From assembly GCA_963699155.1 (NCBI GenBank), contig OY969414.1, positions 1,291,757 to 1,355,756 of the forward strand: a DNA stretch of 64,000 nucleotides, given 5' to 3'. The translations under genes were made by a program, and so were the position numbers. The DNA is from an uncultured Chlamydiales bacterium (GTDB lineage: Bacteria; Chlamydiota; Chlamydiia; Chlamydiales; JAAKFR01). How positions within the stretch are numbered: the first letter of the stretch is position 1; each line of letters starts with the position of its first letter. A model generated the notes under the pieces. The model had not been told where the DNA came from, ran no database searches, and saw only the letters and a program-made list of their open reading frames with translations. Shown here piece by piece: positions 29,367 to 39,518 of the stretch.

Positions 29367-30683
29367 ATGGCAAGAAAGACCTTTGTCATCGACACCAATG
29401 TTCTCCTCCATGACCCTGCCGCTCTTCTCGCTTTTGGTGATAATGATGTGGTAATCCCGCTCGCCGTTCTCGAGGAGCTCGCCGCATTTAAACGATCCCG
29501 AGATGAAAAGTCCAAAAATGCGAGGCAGGTTTTCAACTACTTTGACTCTCTGAAGAAGATCGGTCAAGGGGACCTCCACAAGGGAATTACACTCCCTTCT
29601 GGGGGCCATATCCGGATCCAACTCGAGATCAAAGCCCACCCAAATCCCCACTTTGCCCTCACTCAGTCGACCAATTCCTACAGAATTTTAATGGGCGCCT
29701 ATTTTCTCCATGAGAAGGGGGAGAAGGTGGTCTTCGTCTCCAAAGATCTGGCTATGCGAGTCAAGGCAGAGGCGATGGGGATTGAGGCAGAGGATTACGA
29801 GAATCAAAAATTTAATTATGACGCCCTCTACAAAGGTTATCGCAAAATTGAGATCGAGAAGCGGTCGATCGATCGCTTTTTTAAAGATGGGAGAGTGGCT
29901 GTCGAGATAGAGGGTCAAGAGCCCTTCCTTCCTAATGAATTTGTCCTCATGACCTCTCCCGAACACTCTTCGGCTGTTGGGAAATATGACCCTATAACCA
30001 AGCAGGTCATCTCTCTGCTTCAGCTCCCTCCCAATATCTGGGGAATTAACCCGCTCAATGTGGAGCAGCGCTGTGCTCTCGATCTGCTTTTACGTGATGA
30101 TATCAAGCTTATCACCCTCGTAGGGCCTGCAGGAACAGGAAAAACGTTGCTGGCCCTCGCTGCTGGCCTCAGAAAAGTTTTTGATGAAGCAAGCTATACC
30201 CGCATTTTAGTCAGTCGTCCGATTATGCCCTTAGGAAGAGATATCGGCTTTCTTCCTGGTCTCAAAGAAGAGAAGCTGATTCACTGGATGCAGCCCATCT
30301 ATGACAACCTGGAGTTTTTGTGTGAATCGACAGGACATGAACCAAACGAAACCCTCCGTTGGGTCATGGAGAGTAAAAAGGTGGAGATGGAAGCGGTGAC
30401 CTATATCAGAGGGCGTTCGCTGCCGAAAATGTTTATGATTATCGACGAAGCGCAGAATCTCACCCCGCATGAAATGAAGACGATCATCTCCCGTGCCGGC
30501 AATGGAACCAAAGTAGTCTTAACGGGTGATCCGACACAGATCGATAATCCCTATCTCGATAAAAATTCCAACGGGCTTACCTATACCGTCGGAAAATTTA
30601 AAGAACACAAAATGTATGGTCATATTTTTATGGAAAAAACAGAGCGGTCGCCATTAGCCGCTCTAGCAGCGGAGGTTATGTGA
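29367..30683 (+). CDS. phoH: PhoH-family ATPase with N-terminal PIN domain (PhoH2)
   Basis: FVIDTNVLLHDP, GPAGTGKT, IGFLPG, YIRGRS, IIDEAQN, GDPTQID. Confidence 0.93.
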   Translation: MARKTFVIDTNVLLHDPAALLAFGDNDVVIPLAVLEELAAFKRSRDEKSKNARQVFNYFDSLKKIGQGDLHKGITLPSGGHIRIQLEIKAHPNPHFALTQSTNSYRILMGAYFLHEKGEKVVFVSKDLAMRVKAEAMGIEAEDYENQKFNYDALYKGYRKIEIEKRSIDRFFKDGRVAVEIEGQEPFLPNEFVLMTSPEHSSAVGKYDPITKQVISLLQLPPNIWGINPLNVEQRCALDLLLRDDIKLITLVGPAGTGKTLLALAAGLRKVFDEASYTRILVSRPIMPLGRDIGFLPGLKEEKLIHWMQPIYDNLEFLCESTGHEPNETLRWVMESKKVEMEAVTYIRGRSLPKMFMIIDEAQNLTPHEMKTIISRAGNGTKVVLTGDPTQIDNPYLDKNSNGLTYTVGKFKEHKMYGHIFMEKTERSPLAALAAEVM

Positions 30684-31234
30684 AAAAAGTTTACATCAGA
30701 ATAACGCAGTGGGCAGTCATATTTACCTGCTTTACCCTATTTATCGTTTTTAAAGTGAGATCTCACACCCATCCCCCGCTCACTTTTACCCAACCGAAGC
30801 CATGCTTGCCTGCTCCCACAGTGCAACACTGTCCCTCGGTCTTATTAGATAAAGTTTATCTAGGGGAGACCGCGTTGGGACTGCCCTTTTACCTCGATGT
30901 GCGCCAGTTTGAGCTCAAAGGAGGCTCCTCAAACGAATTGATCGCCTGGTATCTCGACCTTCTCGAAGGTCCTTATGAGGAGCTCTTCGTTTCCGACCAG
31001 AGAAAAATCTACGTGAGGAAGGGGGCTCGTAATCCCTCCCATTCAGACACGACACATGGTTTTGCTGCTATGCAGGGTGAGAGAGGCCTTTTTCTCGATT
31101 GCTACATCGAAGGGGGCAAGCTCTATATGTGCAGCGCAGAAGCCCCTCTAGAGACCTTCCAAGAGCATGAGGAGTTTTTCAGAAGCCTCTGCAAAAAAGA
31201 GGTCGAAGGGCTTCTTCTGAAAAAAGATCTCTAG
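30680..31234 (+). CDS. Hypothetical protein with N-terminal TM anchor
   Basis: GTGA overlap with phoH; hydrophobic N-terminal segment. Confidence 0.6.
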   Translation: MKKVYIRITQWAVIFTCFTLFIVFKVRSHTHPPLTFTQPKPCLPAPTVQHCPSVLLDKVYLGETALGLPFYLDVRQFELKGGSSNELIAWYLDLLEGPYEELFVSDQRKIYVRKGARNPSHSDTTHGFAAMQGERGLFLDCYIEGGKLYMCSAEAPLETFQEHEEFFRSLCKKEVEGLLLKKDL

Positions 31235-31266
31235 CACTCGCAAAGCCGAAAAGTTAATATCCTCCC

Positions 31267-33027
31267 ATGATCCAATTTGATCGTGTCGGTTTAGCTTTTT
31301 CGGGCCATACGCTCTTTGACCAGGTCACCTTCACCCTCCAAAGAGGGGAGAGATGTGGGCTTGTCGGAAGAAATGGGTCGGGAAAGTCGACCCTCTTCCG
31401 CCTCATCGCTGGTGAGATGGAGAGTGACCAGGGGAGTATCATGCTTCCCAAAGCCTACCAGATCGGACTCCTGCCGCAGCACGCCCATTTTAAAGAGGCG
31501 ACATTGCTCGAAGAGGCCGCTCAGGCATTGCCTCAAGCTGAAAAAGAGAATCTCTACCAAGCGGAAAAAATTCTTTTTGGACTCGGATTTACGGAGAATG
31601 ATCTTCCGAGGCCTCCCACCCATTTTTCAGGTGGCTTCCATCTTCGTCTCAAATTGGCAAAGGTGCTGATTGCCCAGCCCGATTGCCTTCTTTTGGATGA
31701 GCCGACCAACTATCTCGATATTTTATCGATTCGTTGGCTGACTCTCTTTCTCAAAAAATGGCCAGGGGAGTTCATCCTGATTTCGCATGACCGCGACTTC
31801 ATGGATGGGGTGACGACCCATACGATGGGGATCCACCGCGAGAAGATCAAAAAAATAAAGGGCTCCTCGATCGATTTCTTTCAGCAGATTCTCCTCGAAG
31901 AGGAGGTACATGAAAAGAGGCGGATCAAAATAGAGAAGAAGCGGGCACATGTGCAGAAATTTGTCGATCGCTTTGGGGCCAAAGCAAGCAAAGCCGTGCA
32001 GGCGCAATCAAAACTTAAACAGATTGAGCGAGAACCTGTCTTGGAAAAGCTCAATGCCCTCTCTGCGCTCTCCTTCCATTTCCAGGAAGCTCCCTTTTCA
32101 GGAAAAAAGCTGCTCGCTGCAGAAAATCTTCACTTTTCCTATGGACAAACGCCTCTGATTCACGATCTGTCGCTTGAGATCACCAAGGGGGAGAGAATCG
32201 CCATTATTGGAAAAAATGGGAGGGGCAAATCGACTTTACTTCGCCTTCTGGCGCAAGATCTGGCTCCTTTAAATGGTACAGTGACGCTTTCTGAGAATGC
32301 ACACCTCGGCTACTTCGGGCAGACCCATGTTGATCGACTCCATCCTGAACAGACGATTGAACAGGAGATGGTCGCTGCCAATCCCCACTTAAGCTACAGC
32401 GAAATGAAAGGCATCGCCGGTCTGATGCTCTTTAGTGGATCTCTCGCAGAGAAAAAAATTGCTCTGCTCTCTGGCGGTGAAAGGAGCCGCGTCCTTTTGG
32501 GAAAAATCGTGGCGAAGCCTTGCAATCTGCTCTTGCTAGACGAGCCGACCCACCACCTCGATATTGAGTCGATTGAAGCGCTCATTGATGCGCTTGAGGA
32601 TTTTTCTGGGGCGGTCGTCATTGTGACACATAGCGAGTTGATTTTGCGGCGTCTTGCTCTCGATAAAATCGTCATTTGCAGGCCGCATCAGCAAACCCTT
32701 TTTCTGGGTGGTTACGACCCATTTTTGGAAAAGATTGGTTGGGAAGAGGAAATGCAAAAAGAGGAGTTGGTGAAGAAGGCGGCTCCCACCTCTCCCCGAA
32801 AAGAGAAGGCAGCGCTCTTGAGGCCGATTGAAAGGCAGATCGAGGCATGCGAAAAGAGAGTGAGCGCTTTGGAAGAGGAGCAGAAACAGTCGCAGCAGGC
32901 GCTCCAAAATGGAGATGTCACCCCTGACTTATTGAAAAAGCTAGGTCAAACGCAGCAGCAGCTCGATCAGTTGGAGGCCGAGCTTTATCAACTCTATGCT
33001 CTCTATGAGGAGAAGAAGGGAGTTTAA
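31267..33027 (+). CDS. ABC-F family ATPase
   Basis: Two ABC domains (GRNGSGKS/FSGG/LLDEPTN; GKNGRGKS/LSGGE/LLDEPTH), no TM segments, coiled-coil tail. Confidence 0.93.
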   Translation: MIQFDRVGLAFSGHTLFDQVTFTLQRGERCGLVGRNGSGKSTLFRLIAGEMESDQGSIMLPKAYQIGLLPQHAHFKEATLLEEAAQALPQAEKENLYQAEKILFGLGFTENDLPRPPTHFSGGFHLRLKLAKVLIAQPDCLLLDEPTNYLDILSIRWLTLFLKKWPGEFILISHDRDFMDGVTTHTMGIHREKIKKIKGSSIDFFQQILLEEEVHEKRRIKIEKKRAHVQKFVDRFGAKASKAVQAQSKLKQIEREPVLEKLNALSALSFHFQEAPFSGKKLLAAENLHFSYGQTPLIHDLSLEITKGERIAIIGKNGRGKSTLLRLLAQDLAPLNGTVTLSENAHLGYFGQTHVDRLHPEQTIEQEMVAANPHLSYSEMKGIAGLMLFSGSLAEKKIALLSGGERSRVLLGKIVAKPCNLLLLDEPTHHLDIESIEALIDALEDFSGAVVIVTHSELILRRLALDKIVICRPHQQTLFLGGYDPFLEKIGWEEEMQKEELVKKAAPTSPRKEKAALLRPIERQIEACEKRVSALEEEQKQSQQALQNGDVTPDLLKKLGQTQQQLDQLEAELYQLYALYEEKKGV

Positions 33028-33512
33028 GGAGCGTTGCTAGGGACTAAACTATAAAGGTCAGGCTTTTTAAAATTTTGATCATTGAAAGGATAGAGCAGTT
33101 CATTGCGGCCAAACATCAAAAGCTCGCCTCTAAGCACCAATTTCCCTTTTTCGACCCACACCTTAGCGTCATAGACGTTGCCATTGCGGGGATCGACCAC
33201 ATGCCCTTGCGCTGGCTCACCTCCCTTCTGTGGCGATAGGGCAATGATATCTAAACCACAATAGTAGGGCTTGCCAGACACCCCTTTGGCGCGTGACTTA
33301 GGAGCGTAGATCGTCTCCTCGATCGCCCCCTTCTTGTTGCAGCTGGCGATGATTTTACCATAAATTTTTCCCTGGTAAGGATAGACAGCGATCACAGAGG
33401 TAGGCAGATGCGTTTTTTTATCGACCGTTTGCCAAAAACCATAAATCGTACTCGCCCACATGGTTGAGCAACAAAATATAAAAACAGAAATAAATAAGTA
33501 AGATTTTCTCAT
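33024..33512 (-). CDS. DUF2147-like secreted protein
   Basis: Signal peptide; GFWQTVD, YGKI, GLDII, GHVVDPRNGNVY, LVLRG. Confidence 0.75.
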   Translation of the reverse strand: MRKSYLFISVFIFCCSTMWASTIYGFWQTVDKKTHLPTSVIAVYPYQGKIYGKIIASCNKKGAIEETIYAPKSRAKGVSGKPYYCGLDIIALSPQKGGEPAQGHVVDPRNGNVYDAKVWVEKGKLVLRGELLMFGRNELLYPFNDQNFKKPDLYSLVPSNAP

Positions 33513-33602
33513 AAATTAATTTAATTATCTAAAAAAATAATTACGACTGTCAATTAAAAACTTACTGGAGTTTTAAAATCGTTTGCTGCAAAGTGTTGCG
33601 CT

Positions 33603-34292
33603 ATGAACCCTGAATGGCTTTTTCCATCTACCATCGCATCAGCAAAAGAGACCCAAGAGGAGCTGGCAAAAAAAGTCTCTCTGGTTGATGCACTTCCGCC
33701 TAAAATCTCCTATGTGGCTGGGCTCGATGTCAGTAATAACCGCTTTGATCCCAAAAAGATGGTCTATGCGGCCATCGTCGTTCTCTCATATCCTGAGCTG
33801 GAACTGGTGGAGAGTGTCGATTGTGCCGAACCAGCCTCCTTCCACTATGTGACAGGGCTACTTGGCTTTCGCGAAGCTCCTCCTCTCATCTCAGCCTTTC
33901 AAAAGTTAAAGAGTCGCCCTGACATTTTATTGGTCGATGGTCATGGTGTGAGCCATCCTAGGGGCCTCGGTCTCGCCAGTCACATCGGTCTTCTGCTCGA
34001 TCTTCCCACGATCGGTGTGGCAAAGAGTATTTTAGTGGGCAGACCTCAAACCTCCCTCTCCGAAGAAGCGGGGAGTGAAGTTCCCTTGATCTGGAAAGAG
34101 CGGGAGATCGCAAAAGTCGTTCGGACGAAGAGTCACTGTTTGCCCCTCATCATCTCCTCAGGCCACCGCATCTCGCTTCCCACCGCTGTCAACTTCTTCT
34201 GGAGCTGTTCTCGCCACTATCGATTGGCCGAACCGATCCGTTATGCCCACCACGCCGCTAATGAGTGTCGTTTAAAAAATTTTAAAACTTGA
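33603..34292 (+). CDS. nfi: Endonuclease V
   Basis: VAGLDVS, YVTGLLGFRE, LVDGHGVSHPRGLGLASHIG, GVAKS, SSGH, YRLAEP. Confidence 0.95.
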   Translation: MNPEWLFPSTIASAKETQEELAKKVSLVDALPPKISYVAGLDVSNNRFDPKKMVYAAIVVLSYPELELVESVDCAEPASFHYVTGLLGFREAPPLISAFQKLKSRPDILLVDGHGVSHPRGLGLASHIGLLLDLPTIGVAKSILVGRPQTSLSEEAGSEVPLIWKEREIAKVVRTKSHCLPLIISSGHRISLPTAVNFFWSCSRHYRLAEPIRYAHHAANECRLKNFKT

Positions 34293-34341
34293 GAAGAAGA
34301 GTATTTTTGTCTATAAGTTTTCTGTTTAAAAGGAGTTAACT

Positions 34342-36270
34342 ATGGCAGCTGCATCCGGCCCATCAATATCACCCTCAAAGTCAGCCCCACCCTCTCTCAT
34401 GTCTTCCACGGAAAGATCACCTTCCAGAGGCATCTATGTTTCATCGGATTTGCCACCGGGCTTTCTTACTCCTGCTCCTTCTGCTGAGGATCTCCCCTCC
34501 ATTCCCGAAAACCATTTGTCTTATAGTGAATTCGATAGAGAATTCAACTTAGATAAGGCCTCAACAGAAATAGATAATCTTAGAACGAAAGAACTGAGCA
34601 CGAAATTTCGCGAAAATGTTCAAGTGGGACTTCATTTGCTTCTGAATGAAGAACCTGAAATCATTAAGAAGTTTGTCCTATTTTGTAAAACATCTAAAGA
34701 ATCTATTGCACATGCGGTTAGAAGCATCTCGAAACGACTCGAAGCGGGTGGAAGAGTTTATTTAGTTGGTGTGGGTTCCAGCGGGCGGGTTGCGATTGAC
34801 ATAGCTGTCCGTATGCGCAATATATGCCCAAATCTCAAATGCTTTGGGATTATCGGTGGAGGAGACAGTGCTTTAATTTATCCCCAAGAAGATTTTGAAG
34901 ATTCTGCCGATGAGGGCACAAAAGTGGCTCGGAACTTAAAATTATGCGAGAACGATGTCATTATTTTGATTTCCGCTAGCGGTACAGCCACATTTAATGT
35001 GGGGTTCGGTCATGAAGCTGCAAATCAAAAAGCAAAAGTTTATTACTTCTTCAATAGTGGAACGGTCCCACCCCGTACCGACAGGCTCTTTAACCGCGAT
35101 ACCAACAAAGTCATCCCCATGTCAATTGATATTGGCCCTCAAGCAATTCCTGGATCGACAAGACTTCAAGGATATACGATTGCGCGGCTCTGTCTCACTC
35201 ATCTTATGCAAAAAACATTAGCCCATCTTAAGAAACTTCCCTTTCAAGAATTATCACCTGAGAATCTATCAACAAGATTAGACAATGTTGTGGAAAAAAT
35301 CAATTCATTGGTGCTTTTGTTATCACGGATTGTCAAGGATGAAAAAGAGATTCTCTCTCATACGCTGTTCGATGAAAGTCCCTCCTTACAAAAAACGGCG
35401 GGTTTCATCACCTGGTTAGGGACAAAAAGCACACTCCGCGAATTGACTGTTGACACTGTGGAAATCCCTCCCACTTTCTGTCTGATACCTCCTCGAAGAT
35501 CGACGGAAGCCACCAAAAAAAGAGCAGAGGTCCACACCTTTTTGGTGGGAACTGCAAATAACCGTGAACCCTGGGAAGTTCTTGTAGGAAGAGATCGTGT
35601 AGAGAGCGAATGGGCAGAGACCTCGCAGTTCAATCTGGCGGCAGATGGAGAAGGGCTTGAAAATTTTTCGACAAGACCTCACGGAAAAGGAAATCTTGTC
35701 ATCGGTGCTGAGTTACTCCATAAAGGGGAAAAAATTTCACCCGCTATGCTCGAGAAACTGAAAGAGGTTAAACAGCTGGGGGGGAAAACGGGCTTGATCG
35801 TGATTACGGAAGATAGGGATCCACCAGAAGTTCTGCAACTCAACGGATTATTGGATCATCTCATCGTGATCGACAGCTTAGAGGATGACCCATTGGGTCT
35901 CACCTTTAGTCAGACCTTGAAATGGGTCTGTAACCTCATCTCGAATGGCTCGATGATCCTGCTGGGTAAAGTGCATGGCAATTATATGGTCGACGTGGAA
36001 CCTTCGAATGGAAAGCTCATTTTCAGAGCTAAACATATCGTCAAATCGATCTGGCAGATGTATAATCCTGGCTTCATCAGTGACGAAGAGGTCTATCGAC
36101 GCGTGGTCATAGTAATCAATAGACAAAGTGAGTTAAAAGAAGAGGGACAAACGACACCCTCTACAGTGAAAATTGTCTTGGCAATGATGCATAGGAAATG
36201 TTCCTTTGAAGAGGCCCTCATTCATCTTAAAAATGTTAAAGAAAATCTCGAAGCGTTGTTTAAAGAATAG
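34342..36270 (+). CDS. Two-SIS-domain MurQ/glucokinase-regulatory-protein-like protein with Ser/Pro-rich N-terminal extension
   Basis: GVGSSGR, GGGDSAL..QEDFED, ISASG, GPQAIPGSTRLQ, DTVEIPPTF, GKVHGNYMVDVEPSNGKLIFRA. Confidence 0.75.
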   Translation: MAAASGPSISPSKSAPPSLMSSTERSPSRGIYVSSDLPPGFLTPAPSAEDLPSIPENHLSYSEFDREFNLDKASTEIDNLRTKELSTKFRENVQVGLHLLLNEEPEIIKKFVLFCKTSKESIAHAVRSISKRLEAGGRVYLVGVGSSGRVAIDIAVRMRNICPNLKCFGIIGGGDSALIYPQEDFEDSADEGTKVARNLKLCENDVIILISASGTATFNVGFGHEAANQKAKVYYFFNSGTVPPRTDRLFNRDTNKVIPMSIDIGPQAIPGSTRLQGYTIARLCLTHLMQKTLAHLKKLPFQELSPENLSTRLDNVVEKINSLVLLLSRIVKDEKEILSHTLFDESPSLQKTAGFITWLGTKSTLRELTVDTVEIPPTFCLIPPRRSTEATKKRAEVHTFLVGTANNREPWEVLVGRDRVESEWAETSQFNLAADGEGLENFSTRPHGKGNLVIGAELLHKGEKISPAMLEKLKEVKQLGGKTGLIVITEDRDPPEVLQLNGLLDHLIVIDSLEDDPLGLTFSQTLKWVCNLISNGSMILLGKVHGNYMVDVEPSNGKLIFRAKHIVKSIWQMYNPGFISDEEVYRRVVIVINRQSELKEEGQTTPSTVKIVLAMMHRKCSFEEALIHLKNVKENLEALFKE

Positions 36271-36374
36271 AAACTTTAGATGAGTTTCCCTTAGGACTAG
36301 AGGTGTGTCGCGCCTCTTTGACGATCGGTCAGGAATTGAAGAGCGACCCTCTCCAGAAAGAGGGTACGCTGATC

Positions 36375-37526
36375 TTAAGATGTAGGATCTAACGCGCTTT
36401 GAAAGATGGGGAACAGCCAGTTTTCAATCGCTCCCGTAGCTCTATTTTTCCCCATAAAGTGGAGGGAAATGCTTTTCAACGGGGAGCCGGGGTAAGTTTT
36501 GGCAAAATTATAGAAGGCGCGCAAGACAATTGGTGCAGCTTTCTGAGCAGGAAATTTAAACTCACCGATACTCAGGATGGGAATGGCAAGACTTGTTTTT
36601 CCTCGCTGATGGGCTAAAAGGAGCGCATTCCAGTAGCAGGAGAACATTTTTTTTGCTTTCTCAGGGTCGTCATCTTGAATTGGAGTTTCTCCGTCATTCA
36701 GTTGTCTAGCCCGACCTTTAGGTCCTGCGACCACGATGACATCAATGATCCCATCCAGCTCCTGTAAAGCTCCACTAGGAATGATAGCCGCCGCTCCTTC
36801 AGGATAGTGCCTATTGTATTTAGTTTGTAAGGCTCTATGAGCTGCTGCGTAAGCAGCCCCACCTCGGCCGTGAATGGCTCCATCAATTCCGCCACCACCA
36901 CCTAAGTGAGTATTGGCTGCATTGACGATGACTTGAGCTCCGCTTGCGAAGAGGTCTTCATTGCGGATTGACACATTAAATTCCTGTAAATCAGCTTCTT
37001 GAAATTCTAGCTTGAGTCTTGTCTCGCCCTCCGGAACAGCCTCAATCCGACTCATTTCTGCAAAACTGAGATCTCCTGGGTAGTCCACAAGGGTTTCAAT
37101 TACGGGAATCGATTCGGGAGTGGGTGTAGGTCTTGGTGCAGCCGCAGGAGCAGGACTTCCAGACGGTGGCATAGGTGACGGTCTCGGCGCAGCTGCAGGA
37201 GCAGCTCCTCCAGCTCTTTGTGGCGTCGCAGCTGTTACTATGATGCGTGGAGCCTCCGTTTCAGCTTTGACCTCAGCACCGCCATTTCGTCCGATAAAGC
37301 GGTAGCAGACGAAGGAAACGATGCCTCCTAAGCCTCCACCGAGAGCACCCACGACGGCCGCAAACCAGATCGGCTGATGGAAATAAAAATAGGCTGCTAA
37401 GGCAATTCCCAAACCTATAATGATCGGCAAGATAATTGCTGCAACGAGTGAAACCACCGAAGAGCAGCTTCTCGGTTGGGGAACCTCTTGAGGTGATGAT
37501 GAACTTCCAATAGGTTGATAAGCCAT
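36375..37526 (-). CDS. Macrodomain (ADP-ribose binding/hydrolase) protein with Inc-like hydrophobic hairpin and Pro-rich linker
   Basis: VIVNAANTHLGGGGGIDGAIH macro signature and SLAIPILSIG; two adjacent TM helices at about residues 25-76; duplicated APAAAPRP. Confidence 0.85.
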   Translation of the reverse strand: MAYQPIGSSSSPQEVPQPRSCSSVVSLVAAIILPIIIGLGIALAAYFYFHQPIWFAAVVGALGGGLGGIVSFVCYRFIGRNGGAEVKAETEAPRIIVTAATPQRAGGAAPAAAPRPSPMPPSGSPAPAAAPRPTPTPESIPVIETLVDYPGDLSFAEMSRIEAVPEGETRLKLEFQEADLQEFNVSIRNEDLFASGAQVIVNAANTHLGGGGGIDGAIHGRGGAAYAAAHRALQTKYNRHYPEGAAAIIPSGALQELDGIIDVIVVAGPKGRARQLNDGETPIQDDDPEKAKKMFSCYWNALLLAHQRGKTSLAIPILSIGEFKFPAQKAAPIVLRAFYNFAKTYPGSPLKSISLHFMGKNRATGAIENWLFPIFQSALDPTS

Positions 37527-37570
37527 AGATACTCCTAAAATTAAATTAAAAAAATTATAGCATTTTTCTA

Positions 37571-38410
37571 TTAATTCTCTATTAAGACTCTCTCTTCCTT
37601 TGTTAAATCGATCCCTTCAGCAGCTACGTTCTCCTCTAAGTGTTCGATCGATGAGGTACCTGGGATGGGCACCATATTAGGAGAGTGTTTCAGTAACCAG
37701 GCGAGGGCGATCTGAGCCGCTGTTGCCCCCTTACTCTGTGCCATTTTCTTCACATGAGCACCTCCTCTGGCAAGCGTTCCGCTCCCGATAGGGAACCAGG
37801 GGATAAAGGCCCACCCCTTTTTCTCACAATATTTGAGCACTTCTTCGGAATCGCGGAAGGAGAGGTTATATTCGTTTTGAATCGAAACAGGAGAAACGAC
37901 TTTTTCAGCCCGAGCGGCTTCTTTGGCAGAGACATTGGAGAGGCCAATATAGCGGATTTTCCCCTGCTCTTGCATCGACTTGAGGGCTCCCAAAGAATCC
38001 TCCAAAGGCACTTGTGGATCGACCGCATGGAGCTGATAGAGATCGATACATTCCAGTCGCAGCCTTCTCAAGCTCATCTCGACACACTGAATCAGATATT
38101 CAGGTCTTCCCAAGGGAACCCAACTCTCAGGTCTAGGACGCAAAAGGCCGCCCTTCGTTGCGATCACAACCCCTTTTGGGTAGGGATAGAGGGCTTCAGC
38201 GAGGAGATTCTCCGAAATTTCAGGTCCATAAGAGTCGGCCGTGTCGATAAAATTGATCCCGAGCTCTACAGCATGGCGGATCACTTTCTTGGCATGCTCA
38301 CGATCTTTCGGCTCCCCCCAAACGTTAGGGCCAACAACGCGCATTGCGCCGAAACCCAGTCTGTTAATAGAGAGTTTTCCCCCCAGCATAAATGTATCTG
38401 TTTTCATCAA
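37571..38410 (-). CDS. Aldo/keto reductase
   Basis: RLGFGAM, FIDTADSYG, IATKGG, IDLYQLH, GKIRYIGLSN, PIPGTSSIEHLEEN. Confidence 0.95.
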   Translation of the reverse strand: MMKTDTFMLGGKLSINRLGFGAMRVVGPNVWGEPKDREHAKKVIRHAVELGINFIDTADSYGPEISENLLAEALYPYPKGVVIATKGGLLRPRPESWVPLGRPEYLIQCVEMSLRRLRLECIDLYQLHAVDPQVPLEDSLGALKSMQEQGKIRYIGLSNVSAKEAARAEKVVSPVSIQNEYNLSFRDSEEVLKYCEKKGWAFIPWFPIGSGTLARGGAHVKKMAQSKGATAAQIALAWLLKHSPNMVPIPGTSSIEHLEENVAAEGIDLTKEERVLIEN

Positions 38411-38459
38411 TCACCTCTTTCTCAAAAATGTCACAGCACTATATCATGAGCTCACTTTT

Positions 38460-39518
38460 ATGTGGATTCGCCTCCTTTTTCTCTCTCTCATTTCCTGTGC
38501 ACTGTTTGGTGCTGAAGAGGTCTATCTCAAAACTCCGAGCTTTGCCCGCAGTGACGTTCTGGGCACATCGGTGGGCATCCGTCCCTATCGAAAAACAGGT
38601 GTGCGCCTTGAAGCTGAATGTTTTCCGAACAAACTTATCATCCACAACTATGGCTACGGCGGTTCGGGGATGACCCTGGCCTTCGGAGGTTCGCGTGAGG
38701 TAGTGGAAATTCTCACGGCTCAGGGAATCTCTTCAGGTACTATTGCCGTTCTAGGGGGAGGGGTCATCGGGCTAGCAACCGCTTACGATCTTCTCGAAAA
38801 GGGCTTTAAGGTGCATCTCTATGCCGATCAGTGGAGCCCCAACCTCACCTCAGATATCGCTGCAGGCTCATGGACGCCGCTCGTTCACCCTCAAGATTTG
38901 CCTCCTGAAAAGCTAGCCTTCCATCAAAAACTGATGGAAGTGGCCCGAGAAAGACTCCAAAACAACAGTGCCGAATTCAAAGGAGTCAGACTTTTAACGG
39001 GATACTTTCTCTATCCCCTTGAAGAGTCGATCGATCTCAATCAGCCAGGAAACCTTATCGTCCATTTTGACAACGGTGCAACTCGAAAAGCTACTCGTAT
39101 TCAACGCATCAGCCTCGATGGCCCGCTCTTTATGAAAGATCTCTTTGAAAAGGTCCAAGCCAAAGGGGCTATCCTCCACCGGCTCCATTTCCACCATCTC
39201 GAGGAGATCCTGGCTCTACCAGAAACGGTAGTTATCAACTGTTTGAGCCTGGGCTCTCGCGAACTCTTCAACGATCATGAGCTCTATCCTGTCCGTGGAC
39301 AGATTGTCCATCTCGCCCTTCATGATATCGACTACATCCTCTATCAAAAAGTTCCTGTGCCCAACTACTTCTTCTTTACCTATCCCTGGAGCGACCGCCT
39401 CCTTCTCGGGACCGTCTATGAATTCGGCGAGGAAGAGCCCATCAATACCCCAGAGGTCATCGATCAGCTCCTTTACCAAGCTGAAAAGTGCCTCAACGCA
39501 ACTTCAGAATGCCTTTGA
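38460..39518 (+). CDS. Secreted D-amino-acid-oxidase-like FAD oxidoreductase, permuted motif order
   Basis: Signal peptide from ATG 38460. GIRPYR...HNYGYGGSGMT lies before the Rossmann motif IAVLGGGVIGL; VINCLSLGS and PVRGQ follow. Confidence 0.8.
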   Translation: MWIRLLFLSLISCALFGAEEVYLKTPSFARSDVLGTSVGIRPYRKTGVRLEAECFPNKLIIHNYGYGGSGMTLAFGGSREVVEILTAQGISSGTIAVLGGGVIGLATAYDLLEKGFKVHLYADQWSPNLTSDIAAGSWTPLVHPQDLPPEKLAFHQKLMEVARERLQNNSAEFKGVRLLTGYFLYPLEESIDLNQPGNLIVHFDNGATRKATRIQRISLDGPLFMKDLFEKVQAKGAILHRLHFHHLEEILALPETVVINCLSLGSRELFNDHELYPVRGQIVHLALHDIDYILYQKVPVPNYFFFTYPWSDRLLLGTVYEFGEEEPINTPEVIDQLLYQAEKCLNATSECL

